A stretch of 63,266 nt of DNA, counting the filler, from Rhabdomonas costata (lineage: Eukaryota): NCBI GenBank assembly GCA_019059605.1. It is 32 parts of 32 records of this genome, joined end to end, with 100 filler letters (N's around TTAATTAATTAA, not from the genome) between each part and the next. Parts side by side here need not be neighbours in the genome. Positions count along the whole stretch, not along the records: positions 47,542 to 49,415 come from JAHMHO010007831.1; positions 49,516 to 51,394 come from JAHMHO010007832.1; positions 51,495 to 53,372 come from JAHMHO010007833.1; positions 53,473 to 55,351 come from JAHMHO010007834.1; positions 55,452 to 57,329 come from JAHMHO010007835.1; positions 57,430 to 59,308 come from JAHMHO010007836.1; positions 59,409 to 61,287 come from JAHMHO010007837.1; 25 more parts are not named here. One strand, written 5' to 3'. Below are positions 48,736-60,525 of the stretch, in pieces (the stretch's first letter is position 1; each line of letters begins with the position of its first letter). The translations under genes were made by a program, and so were the position numbers. The notes beneath the pieces are model-generated. The model was not told the DNA's origin and did not search any database. It saw only the letters and a program-made list of their open reading frames with translations.

Positions 48736-50336
48736 TCTGAAAGCTTCACAGGAGAATCTCAGCTTCCCCCCTCCCCTCCCAGGCTTCAACTGCCCCAAAC
48801 CTGCGTTTCCAAGCCATACCCTTCCTCCCGGAAGAACCATGGCAGAAAATACCAAACAGAACACCGGGTGTGCCGCCTGCTTGGCTGGAGAACAGGCAGG
48901 CGCAAACTCACTAGCTTCTACAGAGCACAGGGCCAACAGTGTGGTTTTGGGAAATAGACCATCACCCTGGGCGAGCCCTCTGAGCAGAGCAGGGCGGAGG
49001 TGATGAACAAAGCACAAAACTTAACGAAGCAAAGGAAAGACACCTGCGGGATGTGTGCATGTGTGTCGAGAAGGTGCGCGCGGAGTTGCGTCGACAAAGA
49101 AGATGGAAGGCACCAACCGCTGTCCCCGAGGCAATGACAGCCACCCCAACCCACCTCAACCCCAGAAACCTGTACAACAACACGAGACCAAAACAGAACA
49201 AAAACCAACTGAAGAAGAAAAGGCTTCTCGAGGTGAATGTGAGCAGAACATCAAGAGGAGCACGAATGCAACCTGCACACCCACTTGCCTGACCGAAGCG
49301 AGAGACTGAGGGAGGGAGGGAGAGAATGACAGGAAACAAACACGCGGGACTCAGAGAGAGGTAAAGCAATGAAAACGAGGATTTCTTCTGGTCACCAATG
49401 CGTGAAGAAGAGAGANNNNNNNNNNNNNNNNNNNNNNNNNNNNNNNNNNNNNNNNNNNNTTAATTAATTAANNNNNNNNNNNNNNNNNNNNNNNNNNNNN
49501 NNNNNNNNNNNNNNNGGTTTGGGGGTTTTAGAGCAAGGGAGAGAATTACATTCACTGACTCTTTTTTTCCCATAGAAAAAGGCCGATACTGCCAGGAGGC
49601 CTGTCCCCATATTTGCATTCCCAGTTGGTGGTGATGGAGGTCACCATCGCTGTGGACACGTGTATTTGGATAACTTTTGATTTTTTACCTTTACCGTAGT
49701 TTAGTTTTATGTGGGGGTGTTAAAAATTGCATGAAGTTCAATCTTTCTTTTTGGTTCTGTGGTCGTTTCATGTTGACAAGTGCTGCATCCGTATCTCGTC
49801 GTAAGGATCAGTACGATGCAGTAATTTTTATAAAAGATTGATATAGACCCTGCTTTCAGACCCGAAGAAAAATTCCCAGTTACACCCTCTAGTAAGCTCA
49901 ATTTTGGAATTATTCCTGGGTGGCACTCGAGCTCTGAACTCTAACCTCGGATGCGGATGGAAGAAAACTTTCCTGGGCAGGCTTGTCCCAGAGACGTCGC
50001 CCAATCGCTCACAGAATTGAGGATGGATGGGGTGGGGGGTTCGTGCTTAGAGCAACGCTGCCACCATGCCTGCAACTGGGAGTGTGATGGGAGTTGGGTG
50101 TCGGCGGCTTCTTCTGTAGAAAATCGCTCACCACTGGCCGCATGCTGTTCGTCGAAGGGTGTCCTCCACGTGTGCTCACCTGATTGAGACCCAGAGAATG
50201 AGTGAGAGGGGATGTTGGGAGAGTAGGAATGATGGTTTTGAAAGCCCACAGACAGCCGCCTGATCGTTTAGCCGGCCCATGAGGATGGTTTTCAAGGCAG
50301 CGGTGGTTGGGGTGGTGAGTTTGCACTTTTTCACAG

Positions 50337-51370
50337 GTTTTTCATCGCCGTGCTGCAGGGGGTGGTCATCGACACGCTGAAGCACAAGAAGGATGAGGTG
50401 CAGGTACATTCTGTTTCCTCCGTGGTTGGTTTGTGTCGTTTGTGCCCCACTGGGATCATTAATGAATTGGGATTTGTGGTAGGTGCGGGAGGGCGTGCTT
50501 GCGGGAAAATATATAAGGAGGAATATATGAGCCATGTAAGGATGCACACAACGAGCTGGGAGCAGGATTTGTATCCCCCCCCCCCGGGCCTCGAGTCATT
50601 ACTTTGATGATAATCAGTCATAATTATGATTACCCGTGGTAATTATGTTTTCCACCGCCCCGCCCAATCAGTTTGGGGCAATTATATTAGGGGGGGCGTT
50701 ATACGTCTGACGGTATAATCCGATTTTAGTTAAGCCTGTTACACCCCAAATCGAGAACTTAGTCCGTAACGTTTCGAACTGTCTTTTTGGCGTCTTTTTA
50801 TGCCGCTGGGCTTGGGTAGCATATGCTGTCTCTTGGTGAATACCCAAGGTTGTAATCTCTCGATTTACGGTGTAGCGTGCTATAGTTTATATTTTTTTGG
50901 CCGTTTGGTTGTGTTAATGTTTACGTTTAGCGCTGTTAAATATTTAACGCCCCCCACCCCACCCCCAAATGCTATCCAGCTTTGCAGCTCTTCTGGGGGG
51001 GGGGGCGCTTGTGCGTCTTGACCAGATAAAAGACCTGTCTGTAAAGGCGGCAACATGACCAGCCCGCTAATGGGGGAAGGAGAGGGTCCAAGATGGCTTC
51101 AGGGTTCACTTGCGCTGCGTACGTCACGGACGACATCCGGTTACCTTTCTTTTCCTCTTTCCTTCCCCAGGGCCTAAACCTGCTCACCAATGAGCAGAAA
51201 GAGTGGCTGAACTGGCTCTCTCTCATCGTCACCGCCCGACCGAAGGTGCAGCCCCCGAGTCACCCCCCAGGCTTCCGCAAGCGCTGCCTACAAGTCACCC
51301 AGAGCACGGCCTTCCACCTCACCATGTACGCTGTGATTACGGTGAATACCCTAATCATGGCGACAGACCA
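50337..51370 (+). CDS. Four-domain voltage-gated Ca/Na-type channel, IIIS6 end, III-IV linker and IVS1; exons 50337-50403 and 51171 to about 51370
   Basis: FFIAVLQGVVIDTLKHKKDEVQ|GLNLLTNEQKEWL...P.P...FRKRCLQVTQSTAFHLTMYAVITVNTLIMATDH aligns with FIGVIIDNF...IFMTEEQKKY...F...I..N...M..H. Confidence 0.85.
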
Positions 51371-51494
51371 CACCCCCCACACACACCCACCACANNNNNN
51401 NNNNNNNNNNNNNNNNNNNNNNNNNNNNNNNNNNNNNNTTAATTAATTAANNNNNNNNNNNNNNNNNNNNNNNNNNNNNNNNNNNNNNNNNNNN

Positions 51495-53372
51495 GGTGGG
51501 AACAACGATGTTGCTTGCGAAGAAGTGAAGGACGCACAGGCCTCCTGGGAGACCCTCTGCAGCGGAGCACCAGTGAGCCATCTTCGCCCTCTCACGAAGG
51601 TAAGCCGCGGCAATTACAGAGGCAGGATGGCACAGCAGCACCGCTGGCGTGCGGAAGATCTCAAAAATGGCAGTCAGGTGATCCCGAAGTGCTGAGCCCT
51701 CCACCGCGGAATCGCTCACCACCGCCTCGCCAGAGGAATGTGAATCTCCGGATACCGAGCCGTGCGTGCCCGCGGTGAACCAAGCTGGGTGTCCAACCAG
51801 AAGCATCGGATGCATCACAGGGTCCACGATTTGGTCGATAGGGGCGAACAACGCAGCCCATTCCACATGTCCCTGCAGGTCCACCATCGGCGCAGCCTTC
51901 ACCAGATCCGAAGGTAACCATGCGGTGGGTAAGCGCTCCCCCATCGGCTGATTCATGTGCAAAGGGTAGGAATACTGCCAGTCTCCAAAATACCCAGGGA
52001 TGCTAAAGCCATGGAAGACCACACCGCAGCCCACAACAACTGGTTCCTGCCACCTCCTTGCGGCGTCGATGCAGCGCCCCGCCCCGCTGTACGGTAGGAT
52101 TTTCCGCCGCGTCGACACCAGCAAGCTGCATGAGCCCCCGCCCAGCATCACCACCCAGGGAATAAACTCCCATTGCATTCGGCGGTGCTGAATCCACAAC
52201 GCCGCCCAGTCGAAGCAATACCTCGTCTGAAGGAAACTACGCCGGGCGTGAAGCAGCAGGTGGTACGGATCCCCACATGCCGAGGACGGTTGCAGAAGAC
52301 GAAGGGATCGGTACCTGGCCTCCCACATCGGACTCGACAGAACAGAACAAAATGTGACCCGCGAGCACCGCAAAAGGGTCATCAGCTCCATATCCGCCAG
52401 AAAGCCCAAAATAACAGCAAAGCAGTCCAACGACACGGGCAGCGGTGGGCGGTGGGCCTTTCCTGCCTCCGTAACCATCGCCTCTCTCTGCGCTTGCACC
52501 ACACGCTGGTACAGCGTCACGAACTCCTCCCTTCTCCCCTCAACCATGGCTCGCTGGCTCTGCTCGTAAAGCTGACGGCATGCTTCATACTCTTCCGTGG
52601 AGCAAAACCAGTGCTTATCCATGTGGAACGAATGCACCCTCTGAAAAATAACCTCGGTGCGAAGGATGAACTTCGTGCCCTGCGTAACCGGAGTGCTCCC
52701 ATGCCAGACATCATGGTTGAAAACCAGTGCAGTGCCACAAATCGGGGTAATCACTCGAAAACCCAACATGTCCGAGAAGTGATAATACCGACTTCCAGCG
52801 CAGATTCCTCGGCTAGCCCAAAGCTCCGTTTCCCCACCGCAGAAGTCTTCGTTTAAGTATACCACAAGCGTAAACAATGAAGCCTGGTCCTCTCGAGGGA
52901 TCCACGGACCATCCCGATGAAGGGCGAAGTGGCCCTCTTCAGCGTACCTGACAACTTTGATGCATTCGTTCACCCCAAACGGAACCCAAACCCCACCATG
53001 GCCAAAGCAAAGAGGGATTCGCCCGCTATAGTCCTCTGGGCGCAGGTGCGGCGCCAAGCGGTCGAAAAGCTCTCGCGCAAGCCGAGGAGCTCGGATCAGC
53101 GCGCGGTCGCTTCGGCGCTCTGACGATGCGAAAAGTCGATCGACAGATTCCAAGTGCGGCGCAGACACCTTCAGGATGTGGGCGATTTCGCTCGAAGAAA
53201 GGAACTCATGAACCAAAAAGCATACATCTTGCTTCTCCCCGTCAGCCCGCGAGACAAGCGTAACATTCCTATCCAAGTCCACAAACTCTGCCTGTGACTC
53301 CGGGAGTGACCGAATTTCATTCATCACAGATTGGATATCTTGAATTACTCCGTCCGCCTGAGAGTCAACGGT
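51495..53372 (-). CDS. Intronless multidomain protein: 2OG-Fe(II) oxygenase + F-box-like + divergent actin-like domain; truncated at both contig ends
   Basis: The whole 1878-nt contig is one open frame. Oxygenase: RYAEEGHFALHRDG...TLVVYLNEDFCGGET...GTALVFNHDVWHGSTPVTQGTKFILRTEV. F-box: LPVSLDCFAVILGFLADMELMTLLRCSR...SPMWEARY. Actin-like: HPMLLV...LRDHLTAIFEIFRTPAVLL..ASVIAAAY. Confidence 0.85.
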
Positions 53373-53843
53373 NNNNNNNNNNNNNNNNNNNNNNNNNNNN
53401 NNNNNNNNNNNNNNNNTTAATTAATTAANNNNNNNNNNNNNNNNNNNNNNNNNNNNNNNNNNNNNNNNNNNNGGGGTGGTTGGTTTCCGCTCGGTAATTC
53501 ATGACCGACGGTTAGGCCAAGACCCATTGAATAATCAGATCCGAAGTTTGCCGAATTCGGAATTTTTTGAGATTTGGATTTCGATTTTGCCTCTGGGGGA
53601 AAACCCGCAAGAAAACAGCGAAAACTTTTCGAATTTATCTGTTTCCCTGCGCGTGTGAGTATCTGCTGAAGTGAAATCTACCTATCTTTGACAGATACCC
53701 ATTCACCTTTTTCGGATCTAACCTAACCTTTTTCGAGTAAGTTTCTGTTCTGCCCTTTTTTGTTTGTGTTGACCAGCTCTTGTTTTTTGAGCGGACCAGG
53801 TAACCGTCTTCGCCTTCGTGACACTGTGGTCCAGGTTGTGGAA

Positions 53844-54050
53844 GTATATATAAGATATAGTATATATAGTACTGTATATACTGTTATATGTATACTATAT
53901 AATAATATAATAAAATATTATAATATAATATATTATTAAGATTATATTATTACTATTATATTATATTATAATATATTATTATATTATTATATACTTATAT
54001 TATATTATATACTATTATCTTATATACTACTATACTACTATACTATATAT
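53844..54050. repeat. AT-rich (TAT/TATA) low-complexity tract
   Basis: About 200 bp almost entirely A/T. Confidence 0.95.
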
Positions 54051-54450
54051 CTTGCTGACTATTTACAGATGCTTTGTGGTGCCATTCCGACTCTGGGATG
54101 GGGGGTCTTCCCTAGATCCATATATGGCCCGCTTCACATTAAAAGTGAGAGTTTTAGAAACCCAACAATAAAAACATGGAAAATCTCAATGCAACGAAGT
54201 GGGCGGCGTAAAAAGAGGCCGTCACAATTCGTTTTCATTATCATTTTGAACCCTTCGCTGTCAAGTCCGAAATGCTCTCATTTAATAGAGTTTTCATTTC
54301 TGAAGTAAAGCGGACATTATGATACGTCCCATACCCGTGTGTGCCCCAATTCCCACACGACGGAGAACACACCGTTGGACTGGTCAAATTGTGTAGTGGT
54401 ACATTGTCGATGCCTTGCGCCATCAGGTCGAACATGGGGTCTGGTCTTAG

Positions 54451-55344
54451 GGGTGGGCGGGCCTGTCCGCTCCGGTGATTGAGAACAAGATGTCCCTGCG
54501 GGCCTCCATTACCGGGTACATTGTTATGGACCAAGTGAGGTGCCCCCCAGAGAACGTCCTGGAAGTGGAGGGCCTGAAAGGGCCCTTTGCCTGCCTGAAC
54601 TCTGCACGGTGTCACCAACACCCTGTCTCCCTCCTTCGACATGCACTTGTTTTTCTTTGCTGGTGAAATTAGGCACGCTCCCAGGAACGGGTGAGTTTTG
54701 CGTATTTATGGGTGGGGGGAGTCAGATTTGCATACAACATTTTCTTGTTCTGTTTCCCCCGTGTTTCCGGAGAATACACAGACGTGTTCAGAATGCTTTG
54801 TTGGGCCCCGGGCTGGTTGCTTCCTTCATCCAGAGTTCTTCTGTCTTGGGCAGACTATGCGTGGGTAACAATTTATAGGTACGGTATCTCCTGGGGCGCA
54901 TTGGGAGCCGCCGACTTCTGCTTTGAGTACGTGCGCTCCTATGTGCTGCAGCGTAAGCAATTCGGGAAGGTGCTCGCCAGCAAACAGCTGGTGCGCGAGC
55001 CCCCACCCCTCCTTCCCCATTGTTCGGACTTTGGATTTTTTCAATGGCAATGAATACTGCATGTTTCAGGATGGGTTCAGTTGACCGCATTAGGGTTTCA
55101 TCCAATGTTGCCATTTCCCTGGAAGATGAGGGAAACCTTTGAAAAACCCTTTACTCCATGACGATGTGATGGTCTTTCGACCAAACCGCAAGACGTTGCA
55201 CAGGCTCATGTGAATATCGATTTTCGATTTTTGCACGAACTATTTATCTTGATGTTGCGGTGCTGCTTCTGTGTCTAAGCCAGCACCGACGGAAGGTTTT
55301 CTTCCTGGAATCCGCAGGTGCAAACCAAGCTGGCGGATATGCAC
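54451..55344 (+). CDS. GCDH: Glutaryl-CoA dehydrogenase; exons 54451-54608, 54879-54990, 55318 to about 55344
   Basis: [58 protein letters not shown]...[22 protein letters not shown]. Two GT-AG introns. Confidence 0.96.
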
Positions 55345-55902
55345 ACACACCNNNNNNNNNNNNNNNNNNNNNNNNNNNNNNNNNNNNNNNNNNNNTTAAT
55401 TAATTAANNNNNNNNNNNNNNNNNNNNNNNNNNNNNNNNNNNNNNNNNNNNGGGTTGGTGTAACGTGTGAGAGCAGTGCACGGGCTTGTGCTTGACTCTT
55501 CCCGATGCACAAGAACCGCACTGCGGTATATGGGCCCTGCCACCTCAAAAAGGGAGAGAAAAGAACATGCATAATGTCACGGCAAAAGGGAAAAGCGAAA
55601 GCAAAAGAATAAAGTAACCTGCACATTTGGGAAACCTTGGTGTATTCCGCAAAAGGTGAGGTGAACTTCGTTGTTCGTATACTGGCGTGGTTTACAATGG
55701 GAGGCATGCTGTCCTCCAAATTCCCAGTCAGTCCATAATGACTTCTGTTCTCTTTTCCCTCCTCATTGCTCCACCGCAACCTCACTCGCCAGGTTTTTCC
55801 TCCGAACATTATGTTGCGATGCTCATCATTGGCATTTCTAGAGCCTTTCTTGGCTCTTGGCTCGAGGCCAAGAGGCTGCTGTGCTTCTTCTTTGCTGTGC
55901 AG

Positions 55903-56520
55903 ATGGGGGCGCCGACGTCATTGTGGGGGTGAACAAGTACATCCAGAAGGACAAGACGGACGACAAGCTGGAGGTGCTCTCGATTGATAACACCGCCGTC
56001 CGCACGAAGCAGGTCTCCATCTCTCCCCTTCCCCCGTCCGCATTCCACATCTTGCTCTCGAAAGTGGCCTTTTTTGCGGTGACTCGAGTGTGGGGTGGGT
56101 CAGGGCGTAAAAGAACGTTCGCCAAGCTTTTGTTGCTGTGGACATTGCTCTGCTAACGAGAGCGGGGCGCGGTTCCCTGGCAGCAGTGCCTTGACAATAC
56201 CAAACAACTCTGCTTGGTGCTTAGGTGCATCGGGTGAATCGTAAAAGCTGGAAATTTCTCTTCCCAATGTCATGCATCATTGAGTACTGAAGTACTTAGG
56301 GACGTGCCCCAGTGTGGCGATCGTGGCTTAAATGGAGAAGTAGTGAAGGGCCAGACAGGCACGTTGGGCTCGTGACACTTCTTACCATGGTGCATCTGCA
56401 GCAGGCCATTCTTTTGCATTTTCACGCAGTGCGCTAGCATTGCGAAGATCAAGGCCTCTCGGGATGCCAAGAAGGCCCAGGACGCCCTCAATGCCCTCAC
56501 GGAGGGTGCCAAGGCGAACG
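55903..56520 (+). CDS. MMUT: Methylmalonyl-CoA mutase; exons 55903-56012 and 56430 to about 56520
   Basis: DGGADVIVGVNKY...LEVLSIDNTAVRTKQ|CASIAKIKASRDAKKAQDALNALTEGAK matches DSG.EVIVGVNKY...VEVLAIDNTSVR..Q..KL..IK.SRD....L.ALTE. Confidence 0.93.
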
Positions 56521-57439
56521 GTTTCCAGACCTCCCACGTGCCCTCTTTCTGCCCTTACGTCACCATCTGGGCCTTCAAGCTGCACTAGCCATGAAACCGC
56601 GGATCGTTGAGTACACTGAGCTAGCATGACTTCTCCTTCACATACCGCTGCTGCCCGATCACGTTCACACATCCTAGGAAAAGCCAAAGGTGGGTATCTT
56701 GAGAAGCCCAACAACCCAAAGAAGAAGGACGGAGCCTTAGACCTCAATGAAGTGTGCAGCAATGGAGCAGCGCGGGTAGCCAGTGGAAAAGTTAGATGCC
56801 CGGCGAAGAACCGGGCCCCGTGGGGCAGAAGGAAGGCTACTCCCTTTGGAATGCACGGCGGTGAGGCGTTACCCCATGGCACTGTGTGCGATTCGAAGTC
56901 TGGGAGCACTCATGGCCAACAGCCCGTGCGTGTTCCCTTCAGTGCTCACCAACAGCTAGTCATCAGTTTGGCAATGACCACTGATGCCCTGAAACACACA
57001 CGATACACATACAGACGCAAAGGCACCATCGTAGACAAAGGGTCCCACGAGGATTGAGACATCAGTTGCATGGCAACCAGCCCGCGAAGTGCTCAACTGA
57101 CACCCACCAATTGGGTTTTTAAAAAGTCTGGAAAGGGTTACCCCGAAAAAAGTTGATTCCCTCTGACACACGCTACATAGACGCTGCAGGGACCCAACAA
57201 TTGCAGTTACGGAGAGTCGGAACCTCGTGGCACCACTCTGGCAGAGGGCTCTGAAGGTGATCACCCTATGACAATCAGTCAAGATGGCCAACCGACTCCA
57301 GGCACTTACGCAGCACCTGTAAACAAAAGNNNNNNNNNNNNNNNNNNNNNNNNNNNNNNNNNNNNNNNNNNNNTTAATTAATTAANNNNNNNNNNNNNNN
57401 NNNNNNNNNNNNNNNNNNNNNNNNNNNNNTGTGTTGGGT

Positions 57440-59256
57440 CTGTCGCAGCCCCGCTTCCGGTCAGTGCGCGAAAGCTGACGAAATAAGACCGCTCCGGATA
57501 GATACACTTTTCGGCCACAATGCGAATAGTGACGAAACCATTTGCATCAGAATACAGCCAGAGCACCGCATTCTCGCTGAAAATATCAAAGGGAAAGCTG
57601 TACTGCTCATGCTGGAAGGGCTCTGAAGACTCCGCAGAAAGGTCGTACACCACCCTGGTCCCAGTGCAGAGGAATTCCACGGGTTTAACGAAGCAATTGT
57701 GGAAAACCGCAGCCTCAAGCTGGAAGCATACTTCATCCAGGCGCCCGTTCTCGCAGCCTGAAAAAAATGAAATCCGTGAATTGGTGCAGTGCGGCTCTGG
57801 GGTTGAATTCCATTTGCTAAAAAAATACCACACTCGCATTTCTTGTTTTCAATGGTGCACCTTCCACCATCACATGCATGCTCAACAAGTGCAAGCACTG
57901 GACCTTTCTCGGAAATGCTGCGACGCATCGCAGCACTTGGCGTGGGGCAAAACTCACCGGTGGGGGCGTTAGATGTGTAACATCATTCACACCCGTCCGC
58001 TCCGGCCGCGCCGCGGGCAGGCTTCTGCCCCTAAACTAATGTTGTCCAACGTATCCACAGTCCAAAAATTTATCGACCCCCCCCCCTCAAGAAACAATTG
58101 CCACCATGGTGTGACCCTCACCGCTATGATCAATAACAGAAAAAACAAATCGACAAACAAAGGGGGTTCGGTCATCAATGGACCGCAAGCATACGGTGGA
58201 GAAGCTCGGGCCTACTGCACAGCTCAGAAGCGTTTACCAAGTGTGCGATGCCACAGGAGTCCCAATCCCGGGAAGAAAACAAGCGCGTCGAATGCCACTC
58301 GCCTGTCAGTGTGCCCCCCGTGGTCACCAGTGCTACGTCAAACGATGCCGAAAGAGGGTCCACGAGCTCGGGAAAACAAAATGACACCCCAAGGTCTCCC
58401 CGTTCTGACCTCCACTCTAGCGAGACCATAACGGCAACTCGGGGAACCATAAAACGCTTCGTGCCAAACCTTGTCCCCAGATTGCACCGCCACCGGATCA
58501 CCACATGGTCCGGAGATCGAGAACCGATCATCTGCAGTCTCATCCCGTCAGGTTGATAGATATTCCCGCGAAGTATCCGAGGCTTCGCAGAAATCAGGCT
58601 GCTCTGAAGGTGCTGCAAAGGAGCTCCGGAGAGGACGACCGGAAGAATCTCCTTGGAAACCACTTGGCTGGGCAGAAAAGCAGCGCGTACGCATGGCAGC
58701 AGAGAGTTCAGTGCGGCCCTTTGGGGCGGAGTTAACTCTGAGCGATTCTCACTTGCAGGCAATTCTGTATCGCTGGTCTCCGAGGTGCCATCCGTGAGGG
58801 AAGCGGGGTTCGCTAATGACCAGCTCTTCACAACTTTCCACACCATAATTTCCGGAAGGGGGAGATGATCATCGCTTAAAATTGCCAGCATCTGAAAACA
58901 ACAGCAACGAGAGCAAGTTCGACGCAAACCAACATACAATCAAAAGAACGCCATCGAACAGGTTCAAAAGGAGGCAAGGACTTTCTCAAAAATGCACACC
59001 TCGCTTTGAGCAAGCTTTAGCCAACCGGAGCGATCGCTGTGAAAGAGTTCAGCAGCATGCTCACGAAGGTACCCCATCACGCTTCCCTTCAGAGCTTCTG
59101 AAAACAGCTCAATAGCAGAGTAAAGCACAAGCACAGTTTCTTGAGAAAGCTTTGAGATGAAACCCTGTTCCAGCCTCGACAGAAGCGAGACCATCTGATA
59201 CATATGGCAAAGTCTGTAGATATCCAGCGCTTCCTCCAACGAGCATTCGATTGAGC
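57440..59256 (-). CDS. BTB/BACK-domain protein with beta-rich C-terminal region; exons 59256-59000, 58891-58195, 57757 to about 57440
   Basis: LEEALDIYRLCHMYQMVSLLSRLE..I...LSQETVL...LKGSVMGYLREHAAELF...WLKLAQSE|MLAILSDDHLPLPEIMVWKVVKSW...LLPCVRAAFL. GT-AG introns keep the frame. Confidence 0.85.
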
Positions 59257-59619
59257 CTTCCAGAGAGAGACAGAGAGCGGGCAACCAAATGGAAGTCACC
59301 AAAAAAAANNNNNNNNNNNNNNNNNNNNNNNNNNNNNNNNNNNNNNNNNNNNTTAATTAATTAANNNNNNNNNNNNNNNNNNNNNNNNNNNNNNNNNNNN
59401 NNNNNNNNGGGGGTGTGGGGGAGAGACGGGACAGGTTTCACGGTCTTGAACGATCTCGAGTCGAGCGGGACGGCTTGATTACGGTCTTTTTTCCCAATTT
59501 CTCTCCTGACTCCATAGGCTGGGGACCCATCCATACTGCACAGGTACTTTGGTTTCCGGAGTTCCGGAAAAAACGACGCTGATGAACAAAATGCACTGCT
59601 CAACACTCTGTGGGAAGAG

Positions 59620-60525
59620 GTCAGGGAGGGAAAAGATCGTGAAACGCGGGTGCTGCGTACATCGATCACGATCTTGAGCATCCCCTCGAGGTTCAGGACA
59701 CCTGCCTCAAAGTCTGTGACCCAGGCCTGGCACTGCGCAGTGAACTTGCGGTGAAGCTTGATGTGCGAGCCATACATCGGGTACCCGACCATCTGTTGCA
59801 GCTGAGGTGCGGCGAGAGAGAGGTGGGGTGGGGATGCAAAATCGAGCGGCTGCGGGAATGACACACCAAGATTCCGAAACGCAAAAGAAAAACCATCTGC
59901 TGAAGCTGGAAGCAGAGAAGACTCAACAATCAACCCACCAGTCACGTAGTCTCGTGAAGGCACCACGGAACCCAATCGTCATATCGTCATTCCGCCATAC
60001 AGCTTCCCCGTGATGTAATATCCGGGCCCAACAAAATTCAACTGCAGACACTCAACAAACCAGTCCAAAATGCTCGAGCAGCCCGCACTAGTCAGACAAG
60101 CCAGCTCCCAAGAGAAGCATTCTGGTAAGATGCGTGGGTGAGATGGGGAGGATGGGTGGAAGCTGTGCAAAGGGCGAATACCAACTCCTCGGACTCGAAG
60201 TGCTCCGCGCAGTACGACACCAGGCCCTTCAGAGTGCGCAGCACGTACGACTCGGGCTTCCTCAGGATGAAGGACATCCGGAGCTCCTCGATCAGCTCAA
60301 ACAGGCGTTTGTGCTAACACCCCATCCCCAATCCCCCTTGAAAATACCTTGCGCGGGTGTTTGATTGCTGGAACTCGAGAGAGACTCGATAAAAAGCACC
60401 TGGATATCGATCAGGGGCACCCCGATGGCATAGACGTCGGACCACAGCACAGGGTTCAGCAAGTCGGTGTCAAGCATCACACTCTTTGGGAGCTGCGCAC
60501 CTTTCATGGGGATATCCATCATGAA
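59620..60525 (-). CDS. Divergent BACK-like protein fragment, multi-exon
   Basis: LDTDLLNPVLWSD..., RLFELIEELRMSFIL and GVLNLEGMLKIVIDV loosely resemble BACK and MATH-type segments. Borders approximate. Confidence 0.35.

Noticed and set aside
54451-56520. GCDH next to MMUT as a metabolic gene cluster; likewise the two adjacent BACK-like genes at 57440-60525
   Set aside because: They are on different contigs separated by artificial linkers.
56560-57329. Possible LINE 3' remnant in the MMUT intron
   Set aside because: Only vague, stop-riddled motifs; not supportable.
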